From: Pseudobacteriovorax sp.
GTDB lineage: Bacteria; Bdellovibrionota_B; Oligoflexia; Oligoflexales; Oligoflexaceae
DNA length: 64,000 bases
Direction of reading: 5' to 3'
Assembly (NCBI GenBank): GCA_050293845.1
Contig: JBNKNM010000001.1
Span: 1 to 64,000 of the forward strand
Shown: positions 1-10,079 of the stretch, piece after piece
Layout: the number at the start of each line of letters is the position of its first letter
How positions within the stretch are numbered: the stretch's first letter is position 1
The notes under the pieces: model-generated
What the model was told of the DNA's origin: nothing
Seen by the model: the letters and a program-made list of their open reading frames with translations, nothing else
Databases searched by the model: none
Program-made: the position numbers and the translations under genes

Positions 1-13
1 GAGTGGGGATTGA

Positions 14-259
14 GGGGATGACCAGGAGGGATCGACTCTTATTGTTTCTACCACCAGCGTTGAAGTCGCCATCCGCTTTGCCAAAAGAGTAGTACTAGTT
101 AAAGATGGTTATGTTATTGCTGATGGTTATTGGGGAGATCTTTTGGTTCATGGTGATGCTTGGGTCAAGAATTTTCTCGGAACGCGTTTAATTGGCATTG
201 ACATCAGCTATGCACATGAATTGGGCCTGCCTAATGAGTTCATCAAGCTGCATTGGTAA
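14..259 (+). CDS. 3' fragment of an ABC-transporter ATPase-like protein (partial, window edge)
   Basis: My translation of frame 2 gives GDDQEGSTLIVSTTSVEVAIRFAKRVVLVKDGYVIADG...KLHW*, which resembles the C-terminal H-loop region of ABC ATPases but lacks the His. An in-frame TGA lies at 11-13. Confidence 0.55.
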   Translation, partial: GDDQEGSTLIVSTTSVEVAIRFAKRVVLVKDGYVIADGYWGDLLVHGDAWVKNFLGTRLIGIDISYAHELGLPNEFIKLHW

Positions 260-359
260 ATGCCAAAATAACATAAATTATGCTTTAGATTTTTGATTTT
301 AGAAAAGGACATGCTATATAGTCAGACGGCTTATTATCCATTGGGATAGGAAGATAACA

Positions 360-1262
360 TTGAAAACCAACAAACTCATCATTTTAGATATTGATAATAC
401 GGTCTTTGACTGGGTTACTTACTATGTCAAATGCATGGAGTCATTATTTAAAAAGATTAACTCACTAACCCAAATTCCCGAGGACGTTCTTGCTGCGGAA
501 GCAAAAGAGGTCTTTGCAAAGCAAGGCTCCATTGAATACCCATTTCTGATTCAGGAATTGCCTTCAGTAGCCAAATTTTATGGCAATAACATATCAAAGA
601 TGCTGAGAGAAGCCGTTGAGCAGGGCAGGCAAGTATTTAAAGACACAGCCTCAAACTATTTAAAGCCATACCCTTCGGTGATAGCAACATTCGAGACTAT
701 TAAGGAGCAATTTCCCGAGTATCCTATTGCTGCCTTAACTGATGCCCCACGTTATGTGGCCATGTGGAAACTAAATAAGCTTGGTATCCTTCATTATTTC
801 AGTAGCTTATATGGCTTATCGGACCCAAAAATTCCTATTGATCCGAAGACTGAGCAGGTTAAAGTGGATGCTAAAATCCTGACAAAGCACTTAAAGCATA
901 GCTCCTTTGATTTTAAAGGCCGCATTCGCACCCTACCAGAAGATTATGAAAAACCTGGAACAAAAGGGCTTAAGACTGTCCTCATGGACTATGAAATGGA
1001 AACTCATTCAACGGATGTTCTTTGGGTTGGTGATAACCTAAAAAAAGATATTGGTCTAGGTAAAGAACTAGGAATCATATCAGTATGGGCAGAATATGGC
1101 ACTCATATCGAAGATAAAGTGAAAAAACAACTCTTAACCTTTAGCCCTGAAATTAACATTCATAAAAACGTTGCCCTTGATCCAGCATCACACTCATCAC
1201 CAGAACCAGATGTCGTATTATCTGATTTTTCAGAGATATTACCAGTTATTGAAAAACTTTAA
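360..1262 (+). CDS. HAD-superfamily hydrolase
   Basis: Motif I ILDIDNTVFD, motif III EKPG, motif IV WVGDNLKKDI. TTG start. Confidence 0.88.
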   Translation: MKTNKLIILDIDNTVFDWVTYYVKCMESLFKKINSLTQIPEDVLAAEAKEVFAKQGSIEYPFLIQELPSVAKFYGNNISKMLREAVEQGRQVFKDTASNYLKPYPSVIATFETIKEQFPEYPIAALTDAPRYVAMWKLNKLGILHYFSSLYGLSDPKIPIDPKTEQVKVDAKILTKHLKHSSFDFKGRIRTLPEDYEKPGTKGLKTVLMDYEMETHSTDVLWVGDNLKKDIGLGKELGIISVWAEYGTHIEDKVKKQLLTFSPEINIHKNVALDPASHSSPEPDVVLSDFSEILPVIEKL

Positions 1263-2599
1263 TGACAAAATGGCGTAATGAGCTTAAATATCTATACAAA
1301 CTTGCTATTCCGGTAATTATTTCCCAAGTAGGGAACATGTCAATGAACATGGTCGACACTTGGGTCTTAGGGCGTTCAAACTCCCTTGACCTTGCTGGAG
1401 TCGCCGCTGGAAACAGCGTTTTTTTTCCTCTCATGGTGATGTCTATAGGTCTCATGTTTGGTATGGATCCTTTGATAACAAGGTTCAATAGCCTAAAAGA
1501 CCATCATCACACCAAGCTAGTGTTTTCCCAAAGTACACTTATCGTTATAGGAACCTCCATAATTGGCAGCCCTCTAATCTATTTTGGTAGCCATTTTTTT
1601 TCCTTTACAGGTGCATCACCTGAGATCGTCACCCATGCTGAACCCTACATCAAGTCCCTAGCTTTCAGTTATCCCCTTACCCTAATGTTCCATAATTACC
1701 AGAGGTATTGGCAGGCTTTAGAAATAGCTTTTCCCGTTACGATCATCATTCTCTTTGCTAATATTGTGAATCTTGTTTTAGATCTGGCTTTCGTAGAAGG
1801 ATGGTTTGGCTTAGCTCCTCTGGGGTCGGCCGGAGTTGGTTGGGCTAGCTTCGGCTGCCGTATTTTCCAACTCCTGGCCATAGCATTGCTGACCCATAGA
1901 CTCATCAAGAAAGGTTTTCCATTTCCCCACTTCAATCAGTTTCTTCACTTTCATCGTCGGATTATGGGCCAAATCATGCGCTTAGGGCTTCCTGCTGCAT
2001 TACAACTCGGCCTTGAAGTCACCGCCTTTAATCTGGTCACAGTCATTGCTTCACAAATTGGTCCCTTACCCTTGGCAAGTCATCATATTGTTTTAGGTTT
2101 AGCCAGCTTTTCTTTTATGTTCCCTGTCGGAATTGCAAACGCTACAGCTATCCGAGTAGGTATCCATAGGGGGAGTGAAGATTATCAAAGAGCAAAACTC
2201 GCAGGGCATATAGGTATTTTACTGGGCGCTATGGTAATGGCTATTTTCGCATGTTGCTTCTTGGTATTTCCTAAATGGTTGCTTCAACTGTTTACCATTG
2301 ATCCTGAAGTTATCACCCTAGCCCTAACCATCACCACTTGGTGTGCCCTCTTTCAAGTCGTTGATGGGATACAAGTGGTTGCTGGAGGAGCTTTACGAGG
2401 TATCGGCGACACGAAGTCCTCGTTTTATACCAATTTAATCAGTTTCTATATCATCGGGTTACCTGCAGCAATCTACCTTTGCTTTGAAAAAGAACTGGCC
2501 TTGGTGGGTCTGTGGATCGGACTCGCCTTAAGCCTTGGATTTGTAGCCATTCTCAATACCCTTATATGGATCAAAAAAAGCCGGCGTTTTATATCATAG
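1262..2599 (+). CDS. MATE family efflux transporter (NorM-like)
   Basis: About 12 hydrophobic segments; LAIPVII...VDTWVLGR, RLGLPAALQLGLE, DGIQVVAGGALRGIGDT. Start overlaps the HAD stop by 1 nt (TAATG). Confidence 0.93.
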   Translation: MTKWRNELKYLYKLAIPVIISQVGNMSMNMVDTWVLGRSNSLDLAGVAAGNSVFFPLMVMSIGLMFGMDPLITRFNSLKDHHHTKLVFSQSTLIVIGTSIIGSPLIYFGSHFFSFTGASPEIVTHAEPYIKSLAFSYPLTLMFHNYQRYWQALEIAFPVTIIILFANIVNLVLDLAFVEGWFGLAPLGSAGVGWASFGCRIFQLLAIALLTHRLIKKGFPFPHFNQFLHFHRRIMGQIMRLGLPAALQLGLEVTAFNLVTVIASQIGPLPLASHHIVLGLASFSFMFPVGIANATAIRVGIHRGSEDYQRAKLAGHIGILLGAMVMAIFACCFLVFPKWLLQLFTIDPEVITLALTITTWCALFQVVDGIQVVAGGALRGIGDTKSSFYTNLISFYIIGLPAAIYLCFEKELALVGLWIGLALSLGFVAILNTLIWIKKSRRFIS

Positions 2600-2679
2600 C
2601 ATGGCAAATGTTGCCCCCTTCTTGATTTAGTATTTCCCCCTTGCCACTATTAAAATACTCCCCTAGCCAAGAGGTTTAC

Positions 2680-3852
2680 TTGAAAGCAGAGTATATTTTA
2701 CTCACAGCACTGCTATATGGTTGTGGCGCTAAAACAACTATTAGTGATTTTCAAATACGTGTCGTATGGGGTAAAAACCCCCAAACAAAAGTACGCATCG
2801 TATGGACGGAAGATATCGCTCATAGCAATAGCCACATCGAATTTGGAGGTAGTCCTTACCTAGGTGGAGTTTTGCTAGCTCCTGATGCGATTCCTTCGCA
2901 CCAGCAGTACAACAACGAATATCTCTTCGAAGCCAATAATAATCCCTATGTAAGATCAGCCACTTTCAAAGATTTACAGCCCGGTACCAGCTACTACTTT
3001 CGTATTAGCAATCACCTTTACAGTTCAGAAATATATTCCTTTATCACAGCTCCTGCCGAGAATAATTATGCGATCCTATTTGGTGGTGATTCCCGCTCAA
3101 ATATCGCGCAGCGGCGTCGTATGAATCGAATAATAGCCCAGTATATCCAGGAGCACCCCGAAGTCATCGCCCTTGTCCATGGTGGTGACTATGTTGCTGA
3201 TGGCAGCGATTGGCGGCAGTGGAATCAATGGATTAATGACTTTTCGATCATACAAGATCATCAAAGAATACTACCCATAATTCCGACTCGTGGTAACCAT
3301 GAAACAGACCTCCTGCTTTACCAGCAAATATTTGGTATGCCCACAGATGAGAAAACTTATTTCTCAACCCAACTGCCATATCTAAGTATCGTTACCCTAG
3401 ACTCAGAACTAAGCATTTTAGGGGATCAGTATACATGGCTAGAAGATCAGCTAGCCAAAGCTAAAGAAGACGATACCAGTTGGATCTTTACTAATTATCA
3501 TCGTCCCGCCTACCCAGCAGTGAAGCAAGCAGATGCTACGAAAAAGTGGGTACCTGTATTTGAAAAATATGGGGTCAATATAGCTTTTGAGTCAGATGGT
3601 CATACTTTCAAAAGAACAGCCCCCCTATGGCAAGAGAGTATTAACGCTAAAAATGGTATCATATATATGGGAGAAGGTGGATTAGGTGTTAAATTGCGGC
3701 AGCCCCAATCAGATCGTTGGTATCTCAATGGCGGTGGCACTAGCGCAGCTCGCTATCATTTTATTGTTGTAAACGTCGATGCTACTTCGCTACGAGTCCA
3801 AAGTATCGACCACGAATCGGAGATCTTTGACGACTTTAGCCTGCAAAAATAA
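2680..3852 (+). CDS. Purple acid phosphatase-like metallophosphoesterase with FN3-like N-terminal domain, probable lipoprotein
   Basis: DLQPGTSYYFRI (PAP N-domain); GGDSR, HGGDYV, RGNHE, YHRP. Lipobox-like LLYGC. Start moved to TTG 2680, behind GAGG at 2671-2674. Confidence 0.85.
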   Translation: MKAEYILLTALLYGCGAKTTISDFQIRVVWGKNPQTKVRIVWTEDIAHSNSHIEFGGSPYLGGVLLAPDAIPSHQQYNNEYLFEANNNPYVRSATFKDLQPGTSYYFRISNHLYSSEIYSFITAPAENNYAILFGGDSRSNIAQRRRMNRIIAQYIQEHPEVIALVHGGDYVADGSDWRQWNQWINDFSIIQDHQRILPIIPTRGNHETDLLLYQQIFGMPTDEKTYFSTQLPYLSIVTLDSELSILGDQYTWLEDQLAKAKEDDTSWIFTNYHRPAYPAVKQADATKKWVPVFEKYGVNIAFESDGHTFKRTAPLWQESINAKNGIIYMGEGGLGVKLRQPQSDRWYLNGGGTSAARYHFIVVNVDATSLRVQSIDHESEIFDDFSLQK

Positions 3853-3918
3853 TAGCAATCCATTGTGTCGCCGGAAACCCTAAGCTAGAATATGTCCCAC
3901 TGTTCTATTTAAGTAGGA

Positions 3919-4620
3919 GTGGTTTCTGTGATTAAAGTTCGCAACCTAACCAAATCCTACAATCATGCAACCGCCCTTAATAATATTAGCTTTGATATTG
4001 AAAGTGGTGAATCCGTTGGCTTAATAGGTCCTAACGGCGCAGGAAAGTCGACAACCCTTAAAATTCTAACGGGCTTCCTCAAACAAGACCTTGGTGATGT
4101 CTCGGTGGCTAACATGTCCCCGTCTTCCCGCAGCAAAGCGTTAATGGCAATGTTAGGTTATCTGCCAGAAACATCTCCGGTATATCCTGAAATGACACCA
4201 TCCGAGTTTCTAACCTTCCTTACAAAGGCCAGAAGCATAAAAGACCCAACAGCCGCCCTAGAAAGAGTGCGCACTATATGCCATCTGGAAAAGGTTTGGA
4301 TCACCCCTATGGAAAACTTATCAAAAGGATATCGTCATAGAGTGGCATTTGCCCAGGCCTTGATCCATGATCCTAAGATTCTAATTCTTGATGAACCTAT
4401 GGATGGCTTAGATCCCTTGCAAAAAGAAGAAAGTAAAGAGCTTATCAGAAGCATGTCGAGAGAGAAGACCATTATCATATGTACACATAATTTAGAAGAA
4501 TTACCCTATTTATGCCGACGGATCTTGATGCTCAATCATGGAGAGATTGTTATGGACAAGGAAGCAGCACTATTTAAAGAGCCCGGAGAACTGTTAGAAC
4601 ATTTCAAAGCTAGAGTTTGA
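3919..4620 (+). CDS. ABC transporter ATP-binding protein (GldA-like)
   Basis: Walker A GPNGAGKST, signature LSKGYRHRV, Walker B ILILDEP, H-loop CTH. Confidence 0.92.
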   Translation: MVSVIKVRNLTKSYNHATALNNISFDIESGESVGLIGPNGAGKSTTLKILTGFLKQDLGDVSVANMSPSSRSKALMAMLGYLPETSPVYPEMTPSEFLTFLTKARSIKDPTAALERVRTICHLEKVWITPMENLSKGYRHRVAFAQALIHDPKILILDEPMDGLDPLQKEESKELIRSMSREKTIIICTHNLEELPYLCRRILMLNHGEIVMDKEAALFKEPGELLEHFKARV

Positions 4621-4626
4621 GGGATT

Positions 4627-5361
4627 ATGCAAACCTTTTTTGCTTGTTGGCAAAGGGAACTCTTTAGCTATTTACGCACCCCCCTTGCCTATATATTCAT
4701 TGTGCTCTTTCACCTAACTTCCTTGGGCATTTGCTTTTATGTAGGCAAAATTCTTGATGGAGGTCAGGTAAGTATGAATCTATATTTCCATCAAATACCA
4801 TGGGTTTTAGTTATATTTGTTCCAGCTATCGGAATGAGTCAGTGGGCTTATGAATGGCAAAATGGAACCATCGAAATCTTATCAGGCCTTCCTATCGGAT
4901 GGTTTCCTATCATCTTAGCCAAGTACCTAGCATCCTTTACTATAATAATGGGTGCTATTTCTTTAAGCTTTACCTTGGCCTTAACCCTAGAATACCTAGG
5001 TGAACCTAACTGGGGCGTAATCTTCTCTGGATACATAGGAGTATCCCTATTAGCAGCGAGCTTTCTCGGAATCAGTCTAGTCTTATCTGTCTTAACCAAA
5101 AATGCAAATTTAACCTTTGTCATCGGGGTGACTGTTACATTCTTCCTCATTTGCCTGGGATGGAACGTCTTCAACGAATTTCTAAGCCACCTCGTCCCAA
5201 ACAAACTCATAACTCTTCTTGCTAGTTTAGGTGTGATGCCCCACTATGAATCCCTGGTTCTTGGAGTCATCGATAGTCGTGATCTTACTTATTTTGCTAC
5301 TCTTATAGGTCTTTGCTTAGTACTCAATTACTATCTACTTCCCCCGAGGCATAACCGATGA
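4627..5361 (+). CDS. ABC-2 permease (GldF-like)
   Basis: RELFSYLRTPLAY, PAIGMSQWAYEWQNGTIEIL, GVIDSRDLTYF; about 6 TM segments. Confidence 0.88.
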   Translation: MQTFFACWQRELFSYLRTPLAYIFIVLFHLTSLGICFYVGKILDGGQVSMNLYFHQIPWVLVIFVPAIGMSQWAYEWQNGTIEILSGLPIGWFPIILAKYLASFTIIMGAISLSFTLALTLEYLGEPNWGVIFSGYIGVSLLAASFLGISLVLSVLTKNANLTFVIGVTVTFFLICLGWNVFNEFLSHLVPNKLITLLASLGVMPHYESLVLGVIDSRDLTYFATLIGLCLVLNYYLLPPRHNR

Positions 5362-7175
5362 TCCTAAGTAAATACGTCCTCCGTAATGTTTTGATTAGCA
5401 GCTGTATTACTATCGTATTTATCGCCTTGCTATCAAAGCAAATCTATTTTCGTTATGATCTTAGTAGCGAAAGACTGTTTAGCCTCACTGAAAGTAGTAA
5501 AAAAATAGCCTCCCAGCTCCCTGAAAACCTAGTCATTGACCTGTATTACTCTCAAAGCCATCCCGCACTATCAGCCCCCTATAGGGCTTTTTGCACTAGA
5601 GTTATCGAACTGCTTCGAGAATTTGTAGCAGCTAGTAAAGGAAAAATAAATCTCAATATTATCGATCCCCGTCCTGACAGCGACCAAGAAGTTATCGCTA
5701 GAAGGCAGGGTATTGCCCCCATTCCTGCTCCAAATCACGAGTATATTTATTTCGGTGCCGTCTTTCAAAGTTCATCACAAAAAACACTCATGGCAAACAT
5801 CGACCCTAACCGTGAGGAATTTATCGAATTTGAACTTGCAGAATCAATGCTATCCAGTATGGACTTCGAGCGAAAAACTGTCGCACTATTTAGTAGTTTA
5901 GATATTTTTGGAGGAAGTGATCAAAATCATGAAGAATGGGGCGCTATTAAACGCTTGAAAAAAATATTTGATGTTATTCAGGTTGATTTGAATTCCCCTA
6001 TCCCTCGAGAATCTTCCGTTCTTGTCATTTTGCACCCGCAACGAGTGAGCGACATACAAGAGTACCATATTGATCAATTCCTTTTGCAAGGGGGAAAGAT
6101 ATTTCTTGCGATTGACCCCTTTTCAAGGGCAAAACATAGCCGCAATAGAAACGATCTGCTCGATGGAAAACAGGTGGATAGCAGTAGTTCACTGCCCCGC
6201 TTATTTGCGAATTGGGGTATCTCATATGATCCAGGACTTCTGGTCGGAGATTCTGATAGGGCCAAGCAAATAAAATCCATAGGAAGAAGCTTTCATTATC
6301 CGTTTTTCATATCCCTTACTGAGAAACAATTTAACCTCAAGCATCCGACTACAGGATATCTTAAGGATTTGCTTTTAGCTGAACCAGGAAGTATAAAATT
6401 TAATGATAAAAACCCGAAGCTCAGGTTTACCCCCCTTATATACACTAGCAATCATAGTGGAACCCACACTACAGATATGGCTTTATTTCTTTCCCCTAGT
6501 GACTTGACTTCCCGATTTAAAGCAGATGGTAAGAAACGAGTTCTGTCCGGAATTCTTACAGGAAAATTTAATTCAGCTTTCAAAAAATCTCCCATAATTA
6601 ATAATACGATGAATCATATAAAATCGAGCACTAAGGAAGGCATAGTTACCATTATTGCCGACATAGACTTTATCGATGATATTTATTCCATAGAAAAAAT
6701 CCCTTTCTACAATCGCACCATATTAAAGCCTAAGAACGACAATCAAACTTTTTTCTTAAATACCATAGAGTATATGGCCGGCAACAAAAATCTCCTTACT
6801 ATTCGTAAAGGAGGCACCATTAAACGTCCTTTCCTGCTTTTCGAAGAGCTAAAAAAACAAGCTGAGCAGAAATATCGCAACAAAGAAATTCAAGTAAGCA
6901 GTCAAATTAAGTCCCTGCAACATCAAATTAAAAACATCAGTGAAGATGCCACAGGTTTTCTTCTGCTCACACCTGACCAAGAGCAACAACTAAAAAAACT
7001 CAGAGAACAAGAGGCCCAACTTAGGTTAAAGCGCCGGGAAGTCAGATACCAACTGAACGCCGACATCGATACCCTTAAGATAGTACTGATAGTACTCAAT
7101 CTCATAAGCCCTATTTTTATTGTGTTTCTGGTGTACCTATGGACTCAGAGACGTCGCATGCATACATCTAATTAA
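5358..7175 (+). CDS. GldG-like ABC-associated auxiliary protein
   Basis: RYDLSSERLFSLTESS, IDQFLLQGGKIFLAIDP, IIADIDF, NQTFFLNTIEYM, C-terminal coiled coil plus TM. ATGA overlap with the permease. Confidence 0.85.
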   Translation: MILSKYVLRNVLISSCITIVFIALLSKQIYFRYDLSSERLFSLTESSKKIASQLPENLVIDLYYSQSHPALSAPYRAFCTRVIELLREFVAASKGKINLNIIDPRPDSDQEVIARRQGIAPIPAPNHEYIYFGAVFQSSSQKTLMANIDPNREEFIEFELAESMLSSMDFERKTVALFSSLDIFGGSDQNHEEWGAIKRLKKIFDVIQVDLNSPIPRESSVLVILHPQRVSDIQEYHIDQFLLQGGKIFLAIDPFSRAKHSRNRNDLLDGKQVDSSSSLPRLFANWGISYDPGLLVGDSDRAKQIKSIGRSFHYPFFISLTEKQFNLKHPTTGYLKDLLLAEPGSIKFNDKNPKLRFTPLIYTSNHSGTHTTDMALFLSPSDLTSRFKADGKKRVLSGILTGKFNSAFKKSPIINNTMNHIKSSTKEGIVTIIADIDFIDDIYSIEKIPFYNRTILKPKNDNQTFFLNTIEYMAGNKNLLTIRKGGTIKRPFLLFEELKKQAEQKYRNKEIQVSSQIKSLQHQIKNISEDATGFLLLTPDQEQQLKKLREQEAQLRLKRREVRYQLNADIDTLKIVLIVLNLISPIFIVFLVYLWTQRRRMHTSN

Positions 7176-7740
7176 GATATGCTTGTTGGGTAGGAGCTAT
7201 ATTAATGGGGTTACAACCTAAGCTATGAATAGCTTGTGACCACATATGTTTCCAGGGTGTATTAAACACTAGCTCGGCATCGAACTCAGTTTGAATCCAG
7301 GCTCCAGACTTAATCTCATTATCGAGCTGATTTTTCCCCCAACCGGCATACCCCACTAAAAAACGATAGGGATAAATATCGCTATGATTAGCCTGATGAG
7401 AACTGAATTCAATCAATCTTTTCATAGAATCAATGGAAGAAGTTATTTTTATATCGTGGTGATAACAACCATCAGATTCAATAGCTTCATAATTATGAAC
7501 AAAGATCCCTCTCTCAGCTCCAACTGGCCCTCCAATCCATGCAGGAATTTCCACAGGAAACACAATATCTTCGCTAGCAATCTCATTGAGGCTGAAGGAT
7601 GACATTTTATTTATAACAAATCCAATAGCCCCTTGATCATCATATTCCAGCAATAAGACCACCGTTTTTACAAAATTAGGATCCTGCAACTGAGGCAATG
7701 CGATAAGAAGGGAAGGCTTCCCTATTACTAAGCTTTGCAA
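7168..7740 (-). CDS. yqgE: YqgE/AlgH family protein
   Basis: LLIALPQLQDPNF, GAIGFVIN, GGPV, FLVGYAGWGKNQLDNEI..GAW. Confidence 0.92.
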   Translation of the reverse strand: MQSLVIGKPSLLIALPQLQDPNFVKTVVLLLEYDDQGAIGFVINKMSSFSLNEIASEDIVFPVEIPAWIGGPVGAERGIFVHNYEAIESDGCYHHDIKITSSIDSMKRLIEFSSHQANHSDIYPYRFLVGYAGWGKNQLDNEIKSGAWIQTEFDAELVFNTPWKHMWSQAIHSLGCNPINIAPTQQAYLN

Positions 7741-7831
7741 ATTTTACTCCTGCTGTATACTCACGATCAGAGTACTCTCTAAATATATTCAAGTCAACTG
7801 GTGAGACTCCTTAGATTTGATTTAAAATAAC

Positions 7832-8737
7832 TTACTTAGGTATGAGTTGATCATAAATTAGCCAACGCCCCATTTTCTTTCCTACACTCAGAACACTTTT
7901 GTTCGCAGTTGCACCACGGTACAATTGAATTCCGCACTTTAGCATTTGCTCGAATGCAAAACTGTAGAGCTCGTAACTTAACTTTTTACCTTGATACTCC
8001 GGGGCTAAAAGCAGATCAATACCACTGCTTGGCCCCCAATAAATGCTGTCGTAGTCGTAGTGCATCCCTAGATAACCCACAGTCACATGGTCATTTTCAT
8101 GTCGTATAAGATAAGTTTGTTTTTTGCCGAGGCTATTAATAAGGCGCATATATTCTTGAGATTGATACTGATCACAATTCCAAAACCAGCATAATTGAGG
8201 ATTTTGCTCAAAACAAAAAGCTTTAATTTTCATAATTCTTTCTACGTCACCTTCGTCCATAGCTTCTTCTATCTTAAGCTTGTTGTTCCTGAGTTGATGA
8301 TGCAAATTCTGTTGTATTGATTTGTTAGACTGGGCGGGATCTCCTGCATAGGAACTCGCAACGATTTGCCACTTATCTAACCGCTTCGTTAGCTTTCTAG
8401 CTGGCGCGTAAGATTCAATTAGCTGTAACCCATCGTCAGACATTAATTTCTGGATCTGATCGCTCAAAAAAGGAATGGCAAGATCTTCAAATTCATGATC
8501 GTAGTCAAAAATATACTGCGTTAACAATTGCCCGTAAAAACGGTGATAAAATCTGCTTGGCAAGAGAAATGCTACCATTTCATTTTTTTGATTATAAAGT
8601 TCAATTTTTTTATTTGATATGCTATATTTGCTAACTGCAGTAAAATAATCAAAGATAACTTTTTTCAATCGGGGATGGTCACTTGTCCCTCGAATTTTAT
8701 TTAGTGTTTTACAACGCAATTCAACAGCCTGATCCAT
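7832..8737 (-). CDS. Hypothetical protein with C-terminal GNAT acetyltransferase domain
   Basis: Acetyl-CoA-binding motif A-like LLLAPEYQGKKLSYELY, followed by N..V...GKKMG. Confidence 0.65.
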   Translation of the reverse strand: MDQAVELRCKTLNKIRGTSDHPRLKKVIFDYFTAVSKYSISNKKIELYNQKNEMVAFLLPSRFYHRFYGQLLTQYIFDYDHEFEDLAIPFLSDQIQKLMSDDGLQLIESYAPARKLTKRLDKWQIVASSYAGDPAQSNKSIQQNLHHQLRNNKLKIEEAMDEGDVERIMKIKAFCFEQNPQLCWFWNCDQYQSQEYMRLINSLGKKQTYLIRHENDHVTVGYLGMHYDYDSIYWGPSSGIDLLLAPEYQGKKLSYELYSFAFEQMLKCGIQLYRGATANKSVLSVGKKMGRWLIYDQLIPK

Positions 8738-8814
8738 ATATCCTTATCATCCTTACTTAAAAATAATATTTATCGATTAAATTTATAAGGTCAAAATATT
8801 TACCGATAACCACC

Positions 8815-9915
8815 GTGATCGAGAATCTGGAGTACATTTTTGTGAATCTGAGAATTCTTTACATTACACCTGAAAGCAAAACCTATCTCCCCGGGGTGGA
8901 TCTCAAATATCTCAGTATCTGGAACTCAGCTAGCGTACCAGTTTCAGCCGAGATAGCAAAATTCAAGGTATTTATTATCTCTGGTGCACAATTCTTTTTT
9001 GATAACTTTAGGGATATTATCCCTACAAATTCCAAAGTTACCATTATTTATCATTGTCAAGAAATAGATTTTATAAAAAATCACGAGTCTTTCCTTGATT
9101 CTAACATTGTTTTTATTCCATATGAACATTGTCAGTTACTTCTTCCCAGAACTATCAAACAATTAGTAAAAAGGCACTCAGAATATCAAAAAATTACAGA
9201 AAAGAATCATGAATTAGAAAAACAGATAGATACTTTAAAAGATATGCAACAAGGATTTCTTTCCAACATTACCCATGAGTTAAGAACTCCTCTAAACTCC
9301 ATCATCGGATACGCTGAACTTATAAAAGAAGAAGCCAGCGAACAACAGCTTGAGAATATCGAAAACGATATAAAGATCATCCAAACAGCGGGAGGTCAGC
9401 TAAGACATTTAATTGACAAGATTATAAATCTTATCAATTTAAGTGCTGATCAAATTCCACTCGCAATTACCGCTATTACCAACCAGCAACTGCTCAAATT
9501 TTTTTCAGAGTATTCACCATATATCAAATTGGAAATCCATGGAACGATATCACAAATTTTCTCTGATTTTTCCATTCTTAAATTAGCACTATCAGAAGTC
9601 TTAGAAAATGCACTAAAGTTTAGCGACTCCCACAAAGTGACTGTAAAGCTTGAATCAATGGATAATAAACTGCATATTTGTATTATTGATAATGGCATAG
9701 GTATACCTTCAGAAGTTGTCGCAGGTATTAAAGACATCTTCTTGAAAGGTGATTATAGTAACTCGAGAAAATTTGGTGGTATCGGTATTGGGCTGTCTTT
9801 GACCAAACGCGCGTTATTAAATCTGTGTGGAGATCTTAAACTGGAGAGCCAAGTCAGAAAAGGGACTCAGGTCACATTGACCATACCAAATCTTACCCAT
9901 TATAAGTCATCATGA
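8815..9915 (+). CDS. Cytoplasmic sensor histidine kinase (HisKA + HATPase_c)
   Basis: H-box ITHELRTPLNSIIGY, N-box ENALKF, G1 DNGIGI, G2 GGIGIGL. No obvious TM. Confidence 0.9.
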   Translation: MIENLEYIFVNLRILYITPESKTYLPGVDLKYLSIWNSASVPVSAEIAKFKVFIISGAQFFFDNFRDIIPTNSKVTIIYHCQEIDFIKNHESFLDSNIVFIPYEHCQLLLPRTIKQLVKRHSEYQKITEKNHELEKQIDTLKDMQQGFLSNITHELRTPLNSIIGYAELIKEEASEQQLENIENDIKIIQTAGGQLRHLIDKIINLINLSADQIPLAITAITNQQLLKFFSEYSPYIKLEIHGTISQIFSDFSILKLALSEVLENALKFSDSHKVTVKLESMDNKLHICIIDNGIGIPSEVVAGIKDIFLKGDYSNSRKFGGIGIGLSLTKRALLNLCGDLKLESQVRKGTQVTLTIPNLTHYKSS

Positions 9916-10079
9916 TTCAGAATCTACTGAGTGATACTTCAGAGTTTCACCCTTTAGTCCTCTCTTAACCAAAAGATTTATGTTCCCTTTTAAAAACAAG
10001 GTTTTTGAACTCTTTGTTTACGGGTATACTCCCCGAGAAATTTTTCACTTCCAACTGATCAGGAGCAGGAGGGGTCCTT

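Noticed and set aside
3919..7175. Bacteroidota gliding-motility function for the GldAFG-like ABC transporter
   Set aside because: The family is widespread in non-gliding bacteria and no other gld/spr genes are in the window, so only the family resemblance is reported.
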